Assembly (NCBI GenBank): GCA_036679645.1
Contig: JAZDCY010000069.1
Coordinates: 1-61,679 of the forward strand
Length of the DNA: 61,679 nt
Direction of reading: 5' to 3'
From: Gemmatimonadota bacterium
Lineage (GTDB): Bacteria; Gemmatimonadota; Gemmatimonadetes; Gemmatimonadales; GWC2-71-9
Positions within the stretch are counted from its first letter, which is position 1. Each line of letters starts with the position of its first letter. Positions 38,998 through 48,888 of this stretch are shown here, in pieces. The position numbers and the translations under genes are program-made. The notes beneath the pieces were generated by a model. That model made no database searches. It saw only the letters and a list, made by a program, of their open reading frames with translations, and had not been told where the DNA came from.

Positions 38998-41900
38998 CTA
39001 GACCAATTCGAGCTCGCCGAGCCGGACACCCACGATGGTGGAGACGCCGGGTTCTTGCATCGTGACACCGAAGACGGCATCAGCGACCTGCATCGTGCGA
39101 GGGTTGTGTGTGATGACGATGAACTGGGTGTCCTGCTTGAACTCGCTCAGGAGGCGGATGAAACGTACGACGTTGGCATCGTCGAGCGGCGCATCGACTT
39201 CGTCGAGCAAGCAGAAAGGGCTGGGCTTGGTGAGGTAGATCGAGAACAGCAAAGAGATGGCAACGAGTGCGCGCTCGCCCGATGACAGAAGGTGGATACG
39301 CTGCGTCCGTTTGCCGGGCGGCGCGGCATGAATATCGATCTCGGACGCCAGCGCATCGCTCGGATCGGCCAAGCGCAGGTCACACTCGCCGCCTTCGAAC
39401 AGCGTGCGGAAAACGTCGTGGAAGTTCTCGCGAATGGCATCGAATGTCTCAACGAACATCGCCCGCGCGGTCCGGTCGATCTCGTGCAACGCTTCGCGCA
39501 ACTTGTCTCGCGCTTCGACCAGGTCCTCTCGCTGTGACGTCAGGAACTGGAGGCGTTCGGTGGCTTCCGCGTGCTCCTCGACCGCCAGGGAGTTGACCGG
39601 TCCCATTGCCTCGAGCACCGCCTGCAGGCGCTCAGCCTCGGCACGCAGCGCGTCCAGGTCCCCCTCGATGTCTTCCGCGGCCTCGAGCAGAACGTCAATG
39701 GGTTTGTGCCACTCACCCTCGATGCGCTCCACGAGTGCCTGCCGCCGCCCATGCAACTCGGTGTGTGCGAGTTCTGTCTGGTGTGCCTCTTCGCCCAGCG
39801 CGGTCTGCCGAGCTCTGACCTCGTCGAGTTCCCGTTCCGCCTCCGCGACCCGCGTATCCGCTTCCCCGACTGCCCGTTCCGCTGCCACGGCCGCCTGCTC
39901 CAACTCCTGCACGGCGACGCGCCGCTCCGCCAGCTCGTCGGTCCATTCCTGGCGCTCCCGGGACAGGCCGCCACTGTCCGCCTCGATGGCGGCGAGTTCC
40001 TCATTGAGCGCGGCGATCTCGCGACGGGCCTCGGCCAATGCCCGCCCGGCGAGTTCCTCGCGTTCGCGGGCCGCATCCTCGCGCGCGGAGACCTGCGCCT
40101 CCTCGACCTGCCAATGCACGCGCCGTTCCCGAGCGGCCTCCTGTTGCAACTCCACCTCGGCAAGGGAAGCCCGTTTACCAGCGAGGTCCTCGTCCAGCCG
40201 CTGCCGCCCGTCTGTCGCTCGTTCGGTCTCGTCACTGATTGCGCCCAGTCGGTCTCGCCGCGTGCTTATCCGCTCGGTCAGGCGCGAGCATTCCTCTTTT
40301 CGCGCCGCCACCTCGCGCTCGACGCGCTGTAGCAGTCGACCGGCATCATCGAGTGCGCCCTGGGCCTCCCGGTAGGCCGCGCGAGCCTGTTCGGCGTCCT
40401 CTGTTGCGGTCTCGAGCGCCCGTTCGGCGTCGCCGTGTGCACGCGCCGCCTCGTCCTGCTGGCGGCCCAGGTCATCCACGCGTTCCTGCACCACGCGCAG
40501 ATCGGCACTGAGGGCCTCGAGGCTGGCCCGACGGGCCAGCGGACCCGCGCCATCGTCATCTGTCGCCAACACTACGGCGCCGTTGGGGCGTCGTATTGCT
40601 CCAGGGTCCAGAATGTCATGGTCCGCGAGTAATACGCGAGTCCACAACGCCGCGGGCCCCTCGGTGGTCACCTGCAGGGGTGAACTCCCGGTCGGCTGGC
40701 GAATGGTCGGCCCGGTCGCCGGGAGCAACACTAGCGGACCCGGCCGCTGGGTGGCGTGCCAGCGTCTGACGTCGGCGACCACTGCATCGTCGCGTACTAG
40801 TACGGCGTGTAGCCATTCACCGAAGAGCCGTTCGGCGAGCACCGCGTCGTTCTGGGATGTTCGCACGAAGTCGCTCAGCGGTCCAAGCACGGCGTTGGGA
40901 CCAAACTGATCGCGCACCTCGAGCAGCTGCCGGGCCGCGGGTGCGAGACCTTCGCGATCCCGCTCCAATCGCTCCAAGGCGTCGCGCCGCGCAGCCAGCC
41001 GTGCCAACTCCTCTTCCGCCGCCCGGCGTTCCGAGCGTACCGCGCTCTCGTGCTCTCGTGCCGCCGCCAGAGCGTGACGAGCCCGCTCCGTCTCGGTCTC
41101 CGCGGCGCGCTCGGCATTGTGCCGTTCGTCGCCGAGCGCGCGGGCCTCGCGGACTTGGTGCCCGGCCGCTTCTCGCTCCGCCTGGAACTGGGCGCGAGCG
41201 CGCTCGGCCTCGGCGAGCTGTTTCGTGAGATCCCCGAGGTCGCGTTCAAGCGACTCCTGCTCACCAGCAAGCGCGCGCGCATGTTGTGTGTGAGCGGCCA
41301 GGCGGTCTTCGACACCGGTGACCGCAGCCCGCGTTGCCAGCAGGCGTTCGCGCGCCTCCGCCTCCGTGGCGGTGCGCAGGTCCAGTTCACCCTGCACAGA
41401 TGCCCGCGCCTCGGCGGCAGCATGCCGTTCGTCCGCCGCGGCCGCCTTGTCGCGCTCTGCCTGGGCCGCACGCTCCGCGGCGTACGATCGTTCGCTCTCC
41501 GCGCGCGCTGTCCGCGCCGTCGCGTTCTGCAGCTTCTCGCCGGCGACCTTCAGGTCACCCTCGAGTCGCTCGATTTGCAGGCGGCTCTCCGCCAGGCGGC
41601 GCTCCATCTCGGTGCGCCTCGCCTCGGCGGTGTGCCGCGCCTGAAAAGCCGCGTCGCGTTCCCGCTCGTGGGCGGAGACCTCTTGGCGGACCTCGGGAAT
41701 GCGTACGCGCATTGTGTCCCGCGCGGCGTCCAGCTGGACCGCTGCCGCATCGAACTGCGCGAGATCGCGTTGGGCCAGGGTTATCACGATATTGAACCGC
41801 TCGCCCGTGAACGTGACGTGCCGTTCGGCTTTGCCCCGCTGGCGTGCCAGACTGCGCACTTCACGCTGCACTTCACCGATGACATCGTCCAGGCGAACGA

Positions 41901-42462
41901 GATCTTCGCTGGTGTGTTCGAGCTGACGCTCGGTAGATGTCTTGCGGTCGCGGTAGAGCCCAATGCCGGCCGCTTCCTCGAAGAGCGACCTGCGCTCCTC
42001 TGCACGATCCGAGAGGAGGCGGTCGATCATCTGGGCTTCGATGACCACCCCCGCATTGCTCCCGAGCCCCGTACCGCGTAGCAGGTCCTGCACGTCACGC
42101 AATCGCACCGAGCTGCCGTTGATCACGTAGTCGCTCTGCCCACTTCGGGACAGACGCCGGGCGACGTCCACCTCGCGGTATGAGATGGGGAGCATTCCAT
42201 CTTCGTTGTCAAAGATGAGCGACACTTCTGCCAAATTCACCGGGCGATGTTTCGCTGCGCCATGGAAGATCACGTCTTCCATTGTCTGCCCGCGCAGGAG
42301 CCGCGCGCGCTGCTCGCCCAGCACCCACCGCACGGCGTCGGAGATGTTCGACTTGCCGCACCCGTTCGGCCCCACAATGGCCGTCATCCCTTCGCCGAAC
42401 GGAAGTTCGACCGGGCCGGCGAAGGACTTGAAGCCCGTCAGGCGAATGCGGGTGAGTTTCAT
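38998..42462 (-). CDS. smc: chromosome segregation protein SMC
   Basis: GFKSF, GPNGCGKSN, hinge, LSSGE, LLDEVDA. Confidence 0.96.
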   Translation of the reverse strand: MKLTRIRLTGFKSFAGPVELPFGEGMTAIVGPNGCGKSNISDAVRWVLGEQRARLLRGQTMEDVIFHGAAKHRPVNLAEVSLIFDNEDGMLPISYREVDVARRLSRSGQSDYVINGSSVRLRDVQDLLRGTGLGSNAGVVIEAQMIDRLLSDRAEERRSLFEEAAGIGLYRDRKTSTERQLEHTSEDLVRLDDVIGEVQREVRSLARQRGKAERHVTFTGERFNIVITLAQRDLAQFDAAAVQLDAARDTMRVRIPEVRQEVSAHERERDAAFQARHTAEARRTEMERRLAESRLQIERLEGDLKVAGEKLQNATARTARAESERSYAAERAAQAERDKAAAADERHAAAEARASVQGELDLRTATEAEARERLLATRAAVTGVEDRLAAHTQHARALAGEQESLERDLGDLTKQLAEAERARAQFQAEREAAGHQVREARALGDERHNAERAAETETERARHALAAAREHESAVRSERRAAEEELARLAARRDALERLERDREGLAPAARQLLEVRDQFGPNAVLGPLSDFVRTSQNDAVLAERLFGEWLHAVLVRDDAVVADVRRWHATQRPGPLVLLPATGPTIRQPTGSSPLQVTTEGPAALWTRVLLADHDILDPGAIRRPNGAVVLATDDDGAGPLARRASLEALSADLRVVQERVDDLGRQQDEAARAHGDAERALETATEDAEQARAAYREAQGALDDAGRLLQRVEREVAARKEECSRLTERISTRRDRLGAISDETERATDGRQRLDEDLAGKRASLAEVELQQEAARERRVHWQVEEAQVSAREDAAREREELAGRALAEARREIAALNEELAAIEADSGGLSRERQEWTDELAERRVAVQELEQAAVAAERAVGEADTRVAEAERELDEVRARQTALGEEAHQTELAHTELHGRRQALVERIEGEWHKPIDVLLEAAEDIEGDLDALRAEAERLQAVLEAMGPVNSLAVEEHAEATERLQFLTSQREDLVEARDKLREALHEIDRTARAMFVETFDAIRENFHDVFRTLFEGGECDLRLADPSDALASEIDIHAAPPGKRTQRIHLLSSGERALVAISLLFSIYLTKPSPFCLLDEVDAPLDDANVVRFIRLLSEFKQDTQFIVITHNPRTMQVADAVFGVTMQEPGVSTIVGVRLGELELV

Positions 42463-43751
42463 CTAGCCGTTCCGATGCGTATGACGAGAGTTCCGCGATA
42501 TCCCGCGGCGAGAAGGAGCGACGCGGCGTCCTCGGCTTGGCGGGCACTCTGGAACGCTCCCACGAGCAGCCGGTACACCCCATCAGGCCCCGCCACAATG
42601 TAGCCGGGAATACCGCCTTCTCGTAGCCCCGCCGCCGCCGCCACGGCATTCTCCCCAGACCGGAACGTGTTCACCTCGAGCGTGCGGGGCGTCACCAGCA
42701 CTGCACCCTGTTCCCGTCGCACTAGCCGGGCGTCCCACAGCTCGGCGCGCGTGGCTTGCGCGTCGGCAACCGTCAGATAAGCCCCGACCATCACCCGATG
42801 CCACAACCGGGCGGGCGTGCCCACACGCACGGGGGTCACGTAGGCGAGGTAGCCCGCCTCATCCAGCGTGTCGATCAGGGCAAGAGCAGCTTCCATCTGG
42901 TCGAAAGCCGCAACTTGTAGAGTGTACGGCAACGTATCGGGTGCCGGGACGGGTTCTGCTGGGGTCGTGCGGGCGGGCTCCGGAACGGCCGCGGTATAGA
43001 CGGCAACGTCCCCCACCCCACCGGAATCGACGGCCGCCGGAGGTGCTGAATCGGCGACCGCTACCGGTTCTGGCTTCGGCCCAGGTGAAGGGGACTCGAG
43101 TCCGCGGGGCCGGACGATGAACCAGTAGCTCGCCGCCACCGCCGTCAGGACGGCCAACGTGGCGGTCACGACAGTGCGCCACCGCGCTCCACGGGCACGC
43201 GCGATCGGGGCGGCCGGCGGTTCGCGCACCACGCCCCAGACGCGCTCGGCAACGGGTGTCCCCGCCGGCCAATCGCGGGCCAACAAGAGGACGCGGTCGG
43301 GTCGTACGGCGAGGTGCGGCAGCGCGTCCCACGGAAGAAACAGGAACAGCATCGCTCCCTGGCTTGCGAACCCGCGCTGCAGACGCTGCCAGCGCTCATG
43401 TGACCAGATAGCGATCGGGTCAGAGGGCGCTGTACCCACCGGGATGTAGTAGAGATCCGGTTCCTGCTCGCGGGCGACGTGGGTGAGCGACGAGCCGAAC
43501 TCGAACGCGTCCACAAGCCCTTCCTGGCCGGTCGCGACCGCTCCCGGGTCGAGCGCCGGGTGATCCACGCCGGCGTCGATTAGCGCGATGCGTCGGGTCC
43601 CGCACGCCGCGCGTGCAAGCTCCCACGCGACGTGCGCGGCCCACGCCCGGTCCTCGCTGTCATCGGGGACCAGCGCGATAACCGATGTGTCGGAAAGGAG
43701 TTCCGGAAGAAGCGGCGGGAGGTCGCTGGGGGCGAGTTCCCGCGCGGTCAT
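42459..43751 (-). CDS. membrane-anchored SPOR protein with degenerate MinD/BY-kinase-like N-domain
   Basis: IALIDA..P.L..GLVD N-domain, TM, Pro-rich linker, YTLQVAAF..HRVMVGAY and YRLLVGAF. Confidence 0.75.
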   Translation of the reverse strand: MTARELAPSDLPPLLPELLSDTSVIALVPDDSEDRAWAAHVAWELARAACGTRRIALIDAGVDHPALDPGAVATGQEGLVDAFEFGSSLTHVAREQEPDLYYIPVGTAPSDPIAIWSHERWQRLQRGFASQGAMLFLFLPWDALPHLAVRPDRVLLLARDWPAGTPVAERVWGVVREPPAAPIARARGARWRTVVTATLAVLTAVAASYWFIVRPRGLESPSPGPKPEPVAVADSAPPAAVDSGGVGDVAVYTAAVPEPARTTPAEPVPAPDTLPYTLQVAAFDQMEAALALIDTLDEAGYLAYVTPVRVGTPARLWHRVMVGAYLTVADAQATRAELWDARLVRREQGAVLVTPRTLEVNTFRSGENAVAAAAGLREGGIPGYIVAGPDGVYRLLVGAFQSARQAEDAASLLLAAGYRGTLVIRIGTAR

Positions 43752-45133
43752 TGGTCGCTGGCGTCCTGGTCGCTGAAAATCCAGTACGGCATCCCGAGGG
43801 TCCGACCGATCTGCTCCGCCTCGTCGCGCGTGGCGTAGGGGCCCAGGACCACCCGGTACATCACGTCGTTCTCGACGGGCGGCAGGACCGTGACCTTCAT
43901 CCCGGCGAGGCGCAGGTCACGCGCGAGGGAAGCCGCCCAATCCGGGTTGGACGTGCTGCTGATCTGCACGTAAAGCTGTGTGTCGGTAGAGTGAGCTTGG
44001 GCGCGCGCTTCCCGCGACGCCTGCAGCACCGGTCGCCGCGGGTCCCAGGGCGCGACGAGCCACCGGTCCGCCGCGCCGTCCTCAACGCGGCCGCTCTCGG
44101 CCAAGTCGTCGCTCGACAGGGCGACAACGGCGTCGTTGCGCCGCAGTAGCAGCGTCCCGTCCGGTGCCACGCGCGGGAGGTCGTCGTCCCACGAGCCCTC
44201 GACAGAGCGAACAGACGAGTCGCGGCCCAGGCCCAGCACCAGGACTCGCCCGGTCTCGGGAGCGCGTGCCAGCAGAAGTCGTCCGAGCGGGTCGGGCCGC
44301 AGTTGTCGGACAAGACCCGGCAAGGCGCGTCGCGCAATCTCGTCGAGCGCGAACCGCTCGATCGTGATCAGTTCGCCCGTCGTCGTCGCGACGTAGATTC
44401 GGTGCGCGGCGGCGGAGAAGGTTATTGCTGTCGGAGGGTCGAGAGAGAGGAACCGGTTGGGGCGATCCCGCACCAGGTCGAGCGCCACGACGCCGGAATC
44501 GGTCCCCACGACCGCCGCGTCGCCCCACGGCGAGACGGCCAGCGGCCCGTCCGGGATCGGGTACCGGTCCATCACCTGCCCGCCGCCGATCACCAGCAGT
44601 GCCCGATCTCCCGTCTCGTCTACCAGTACGACCAGGTTGCCGCGCGTTGCCCCCCAGAGGTCGATGGCCGTTCCCGGCAGGTCGTCAGCCAGTGGTGTGA
44701 CTTGCCGCCCTACGAGGCGAGCGACCACGCCGCCCTCACGCAGGAGCAACAGGCCGCCGAACGGTCCAAGAGCCGCCGTCACGATGGCGCTGTCCACCGT
44801 CCGCGCGCGGCCCGAATTGAGGTCGAGGACGTTGAGGGCCGAATCGGGCGACCATACGTAGATCGCGTCGCCGTCGCTGGCGAACCCGACGACCCGAGCG
44901 GCGACCAGATCGGGTGTATCGAACGTCCAGGCAACCTCGTCCATCTCAGGCAGACGGTAAAGCCGGACATCTGCCCCGTCCGATCCCGAGAACCGGAAAG
45001 CTACGCCCGCGGCATGCGGTGCCCGGTCGATATCAGCCGTGACGGCGGCCTTGAGCTGGGTCTGCTGGGGGGACTGGCCCCCGCAGGACGTGCAGAGAGC
45101 CAAGAGTGTGGAAACGATCGCGCGACGTGGCAC
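43748..45133 (-). CDS. putative lipoprotein, beta-propeller + SPOR
   Basis: LLALCTSCG signal; YVQISS..YRVVLGPY C-terminus. Confidence 0.75.
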   Translation of the reverse strand: MPRRAIVSTLLALCTSCGGQSPQQTQLKAAVTADIDRAPHAAGVAFRFSGSDGADVRLYRLPEMDEVAWTFDTPDLVAARVVGFASDGDAIYVWSPDSALNVLDLNSGRARTVDSAIVTAALGPFGGLLLLREGGVVARLVGRQVTPLADDLPGTAIDLWGATRGNLVVLVDETGDRALLVIGGGQVMDRYPIPDGPLAVSPWGDAAVVGTDSGVVALDLVRDRPNRFLSLDPPTAITFSAAAHRIYVATTTGELITIERFALDEIARRALPGLVRQLRPDPLGRLLLARAPETGRVLVLGLGRDSSVRSVEGSWDDDLPRVAPDGTLLLRRNDAVVALSSDDLAESGRVEDGAADRWLVAPWDPRRPVLQASREARAQAHSTDTQLYVQISSTSNPDWAASLARDLRLAGMKVTVLPPVENDVMYRVVLGPYATRDEAEQIGRTLGMPYWIFSDQDASDQ

Positions 45134-45168
45134 GGTGGAAGCTAGGTGGCCTCCGAGATGGAGGTCAA

Positions 45169-45213
45169 GTAGGGACGCACCGCATGCGGCGGGCGCACGC
45201 GGCGCGCCCCTAC
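45169..45213. repeat. GTAG-type REP pair
   Basis: GTAGGGACGCAC... and ...GGGCGCACGCGGCGCGCCCCTAC. Confidence 0.6.
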
Positions 45214-48200
45214 TAGAATGTCGGTCCCAGGCTGATCGTCCAGTAAGCACCGACACCGGGTGCGCGCACGAGGGGTTTTGTGTAGTCGAACCGCAGTACA
45301 GTAAATCCGAGCATGTTGACGCGAGCAGAGAATCCCCAGCTCGTCAACGGTTGCCGAACCACGTTGGGGGATTCAGCGGCGTCGCGCGAGAACACCAGGC
45401 TATTCCCGGAACTCCATGCGACGCCGGCGTCGAAGAAGAACGCCCCCTCGATCGGCGGGAACCACAGAGGGAGGAATCCCAGCGACAGGTTACGGGTCAG
45501 CGGGAAACGAATCTCGGCGTTGAACACCCCGATGCGGCTCCCGATCAACTGATCGAGGGACGGGCAGCCGGAAAACACGCCCCCGGTCTCCGTCAGGCAT
45601 TCATTCCGGCGAAACGACCCCACGGTGTAACCGCGGATCAGTTCGGTGCTGCCGAGGAAGATTGGGAACTGATCGTCGTCGCGGCCAAACCGGCCAAAGA
45701 ACATGGTGCGGGTTGCCAGCGTGAACGGTCCAAAGAGCTGATCGTAGCGCCGGTAGTCGGCCAGCACCTGGTGAAACCGCCATTCGCCGATGGCGGGCGA
45801 GTACTCGAACCGGCTACGACGCCCCATGATGGGACCCACGTACAGCGAGATGGAGTTGTCGAAGACCAGGGCTACCGACGGCTGAACATAGTTGATGTGA
45901 TCGAGCGTCGTCGTATTGATGTCCTGATCCAGGAGGAATCCCGAGACAGGGTCGAACACTTGAACGAGTTCCTGCCGCGCGCGCCCAATATTGCTGGCGC
46001 GAAAGCCAAACTCGATACGCCGGAAGCGGTTGAACGGCCGTGATGCCCGCACGAACGCCTGGCGAATGATGAACCGATCGAGGCCGATGACCGATTGGGT
46101 GGCGCCGGTGGAATCGACACCCAGACTGCTTCCCGAGAAGAAGAAGATCGGGTACTGCTCGATCCCGGCCAACCAGTTCGTGCGCCGCGCGAAGTTGCCG
46201 TACGCGAAGAGCACCTGGGCTTCATCGATGCGTCCATTTATCTGGCCGGAGATCAGCATGCGCCGGTTACCAAGCATGTCCGATAGCGCAATCGCTGTAC
46301 CGCCAAAAACGCCGCGTCCGAAATTGTCGCGCGCGTAGCCGATTGTCGGCTGGGCGATGTAGTCGGCATGCAGCGTCGCGGAGTACCGTCGGAAGCTGAA
46401 GTCGCCCGCGTCAGGCAGGGCCAAGGACGCGCTGTCGAGCAGGTCCTTTACCGAAACCGGCTGGTCGGCCGGTTCACGCGCGGCCGGCTCGGCGGCCGAC
46501 GCGCGGAACCCACCGGATGTCCGATAAACGGATCGGCGCGCGGGCGGTGCGGTGATCACGGCGACGGCACTCCCGGTCGTGTCACGACGCGGCGAGATGT
46601 AGATCGAGGGTAGGGACAGGGCCACCATGGCGAGCGAGTCGGTGGGGGATGTTGCCCTGGCTTCGTCCCGGCTGGCCAACAGCGGGTCCGCCGCGGTAGC
46701 ACGCCATGGGTCCCGTTTGAGCGATCGGGGGTCGTCGACCCAATACACGTTGTACGTGAAGTCGCGGCCCTCGTAGTACGAGAATACCAGTCGATCCGCA
46801 CGTGGCGCCCAGGAAATTGCCGGAGACAGCTCGGTGATGCCGGTGATCCCGGTGTAGACGTTGGTGAGTTGGTAATCTTCGCGATCGTCGAGGTCGTAGA
46901 GAAAGAGATTCGCGATTCCCGTGCGGTCGGAGACGTACGCGACCGAACGCCCGTCTGGCCCCCACTGCGGGTTGATATTCAACCCTTCCATCTGCTCGAC
47001 AACTCGGACGGTTCCGGTCTGCAGGTCGAAGAACGCGATCCGCAGGGGATCGAATCGCAACTCGCTAATATCGCTTCCCGGACCCCGGTCGGTCACAAAC
47101 GCAATGGTGGACCCGTCCGGTGACCAGACCGGCTGCAGGTCCGCGAACTTGTCGTGCGTGAGACGCTCGAGGTTCTGGCCGTCCACATCGACGAGGTAGA
47201 GATCGGACAGACCCCCACGGTGCCCGGTGAAGACCAGGCGCGTGCCGTCAGGTGACCACGACGGGGTGGTGATGCCGTGGAGTGGCAGTTCGATCCGCTG
47301 CTGCACCCGGCGCCGAGTCATGTCGAAGATCACGATGTCGTCCCGCCCGCCGTGTTTGGCGGCGATGGCGAACAGCCGTCCGTCGGGTGACCACGCACCG
47401 CTGGAGTTGAGGTAGCGGAGGTTCTCGAGATCGGCGCTGAAGGCGCTCTTGACCAGGCGACCCAGCACGCGGCCAGTTTCGGTATCCGCGACATAGAGGT
47501 CCACGAAGAACGACCCGCCCTCCGACAGGTACGCGATCTGGCTCCCGTCGGGCGAGACAGCGGGCGACACGTGCATGCTGGCCCGCGTGGTGCGCCGCGT
47601 CAGACTGCGGCGCGCGATCTCGCGCGCAGGCTCCAATTCGGCGATCTGGGGCAGGAACTCGCGGCGAACGGCGTAACGCCACTCGTCGGATAGTTGCTCG
47701 AGCGAGATCCCCAACGCACGCCGGAACCCGCCCTCGATGCCGGACGTGGCAACAGCGTGCAGAACCTCACCGATCACCTCGTCGCCCCACCGCTCCCCAA
47801 TGTAGGCCATCAGTGCATGGCCGTACCGGTACGGGAAGACGCGCGGATCGTACGTCATCTCTTCGATGCTTGGGAGGTGGCCCTCGAGTGCCGCGTTGCG
47901 AAGCCAAGTCGCCGTGAGCGGAGAGATGGGTCCCACCGACAAGTATTCCGCCATCCCTTCCATGAGCCACAGAGGTGGCTGAACGGCGATGAGCCGCGGT
48001 ATGCCCGCGCCAATCCGACCGCGCGCGAATACGTCGTACTGGAACTGATGCACCATCTCGTGAGTCAGCACGTGCTCGAACTCGGCATACGATCCCGTGA
48101 AGGGCAGCATGATACGATGCCGGAACGCGTCGGTGACCCCGCCCGTGGCCTCACCGATATTGGTCACATTGTTTTGCTGGAACTCGGAATGTGACGCGAA

Positions 48201-48461
48201 GAGAATGATGGGCTGCCGCTCGCGGTACTGATGGTTGAGCACGCGTGACAACCGCGCGTACGATCGCTCGGCCATGCGTGCCGCGTCCACCGCGGCTTCC
48301 TCTTCGCCTTCGTAATAGTGGATGTCGAAGTGTTCGGTCTCGATGAGACGAAATGCGAGATGCCGGTACTGCACCTTGTTCTGGCCGAAATACTGCGCCG
48401 CTGCCGGTGTCGCGGATACGAGGGAGGCAACAGCGGCGAGTAGAACGGCATACCGACCCAT
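45213..48461 (-). CDS. Omp85/BamA-like protein with HExxH domain and PD40 propeller
   Basis: YFGQNKVQY, HEMVH, WSPDG repeats, IRGY, terminal F. Confidence 0.88.
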   Translation of the reverse strand: MGRYAVLLAAVASLVSATPAAAQYFGQNKVQYRHLAFRLIETEHFDIHYYEGEEEAAVDAARMAERSYARLSRVLNHQYRERQPIILFASHSEFQQNNVTNIGEATGGVTDAFRHRIMLPFTGSYAEFEHVLTHEMVHQFQYDVFARGRIGAGIPRLIAVQPPLWLMEGMAEYLSVGPISPLTATWLRNAALEGHLPSIEEMTYDPRVFPYRYGHALMAYIGERWGDEVIGEVLHAVATSGIEGGFRRALGISLEQLSDEWRYAVRREFLPQIAELEPAREIARRSLTRRTTRASMHVSPAVSPDGSQIAYLSEGGSFFVDLYVADTETGRVLGRLVKSAFSADLENLRYLNSSGAWSPDGRLFAIAAKHGGRDDIVIFDMTRRRVQQRIELPLHGITTPSWSPDGTRLVFTGHRGGLSDLYLVDVDGQNLERLTHDKFADLQPVWSPDGSTIAFVTDRGPGSDISELRFDPLRIAFFDLQTGTVRVVEQMEGLNINPQWGPDGRSVAYVSDRTGIANLFLYDLDDREDYQLTNVYTGITGITELSPAISWAPRADRLVFSYYEGRDFTYNVYWVDDPRSLKRDPWRATAADPLLASRDEARATSPTDSLAMVALSLPSIYISPRRDTTGSAVAVITAPPARRSVYRTSGGFRASAAEPAAREPADQPVSVKDLLDSASLALPDAGDFSFRRYSATLHADYIAQPTIGYARDNFGRGVFGGTAIALSDMLGNRRMLISGQINGRIDEAQVLFAYGNFARRTNWLAGIEQYPIFFFSGSSLGVDSTGATQSVIGLDRFIIRQAFVRASRPFNRFRRIEFGFRASNIGRARQELVQVFDPVSGFLLDQDINTTTLDHINYVQPSVALVFDNSISLYVGPIMGRRSRFEYSPAIGEWRFHQVLADYRRYDQLFGPFTLATRTMFFGRFGRDDDQFPIFLGSTELIRGYTVGSFRRNECLTETGGVFSGCPSLDQLIGSRIGVFNAEIRFPLTRNLSLGFLPLWFPPIEGAFFFDAGVAWSSGNSLVFSRDAAESPNVVRQPLTSWGFSARVNMLGFTVLRFDYTKPLVRAPGVGAYWTISLGPTF

Positions 48462-48465
48462 GCGA

Positions 48466-48792
48466 CTACCTCCCGAGCAACGGATCCAACGAGGGCGCAT
48501 CCGCCCAAAGACGTTCGAGCTGGTAGAACGCCCGCAAGGTTGGATGGAAGACGTGTACCACAAAGTCCACGAAATCGAGAAGTACCCAGCGGCCTTGTGA
48601 GAGCCCCTCGATATGATGGGGTTGTCGCCCTTCACGACGCAATGCCTCTAGCACGTGCTCGGCGACACTGCGAACGTGCGTATCCGACGAGCCCGATGCA
48701 ATGACGAAGAAATCGGTGGCCTCGCTCACCGAGCGCAGGTCGAGGACCGTGATCTCCTGAGCCTTGCGATCGTCGAGTGCGGAAACAGCCAC
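48466..48792 (-). CDS. rsfS: ribosome silencing factor
   Basis: DDRKA..DFFVIASG..WVLLDF..FYQLERLW; start uncertain. Confidence 0.93.
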   Translation of the reverse strand: MAVSALDDRKAQEITVLDLRSVSEATDFFVIASGSSDTHVRSVAEHVLEALRREGRQPHHIEGLSQGRWVLLDFVDFVVHVFHPTLRAFYQLERLWADAPSLDPLLGR

Positions 48793-48888
48793 TCGAATGT
48801 CACCAACGCGATTGGCGTCTTCTGTAGTCTTATCGGGGCGGGACCAGATTTGTTCCTCGTGTCCAGCGCGCAGAAGGTGCTCCCGGCG

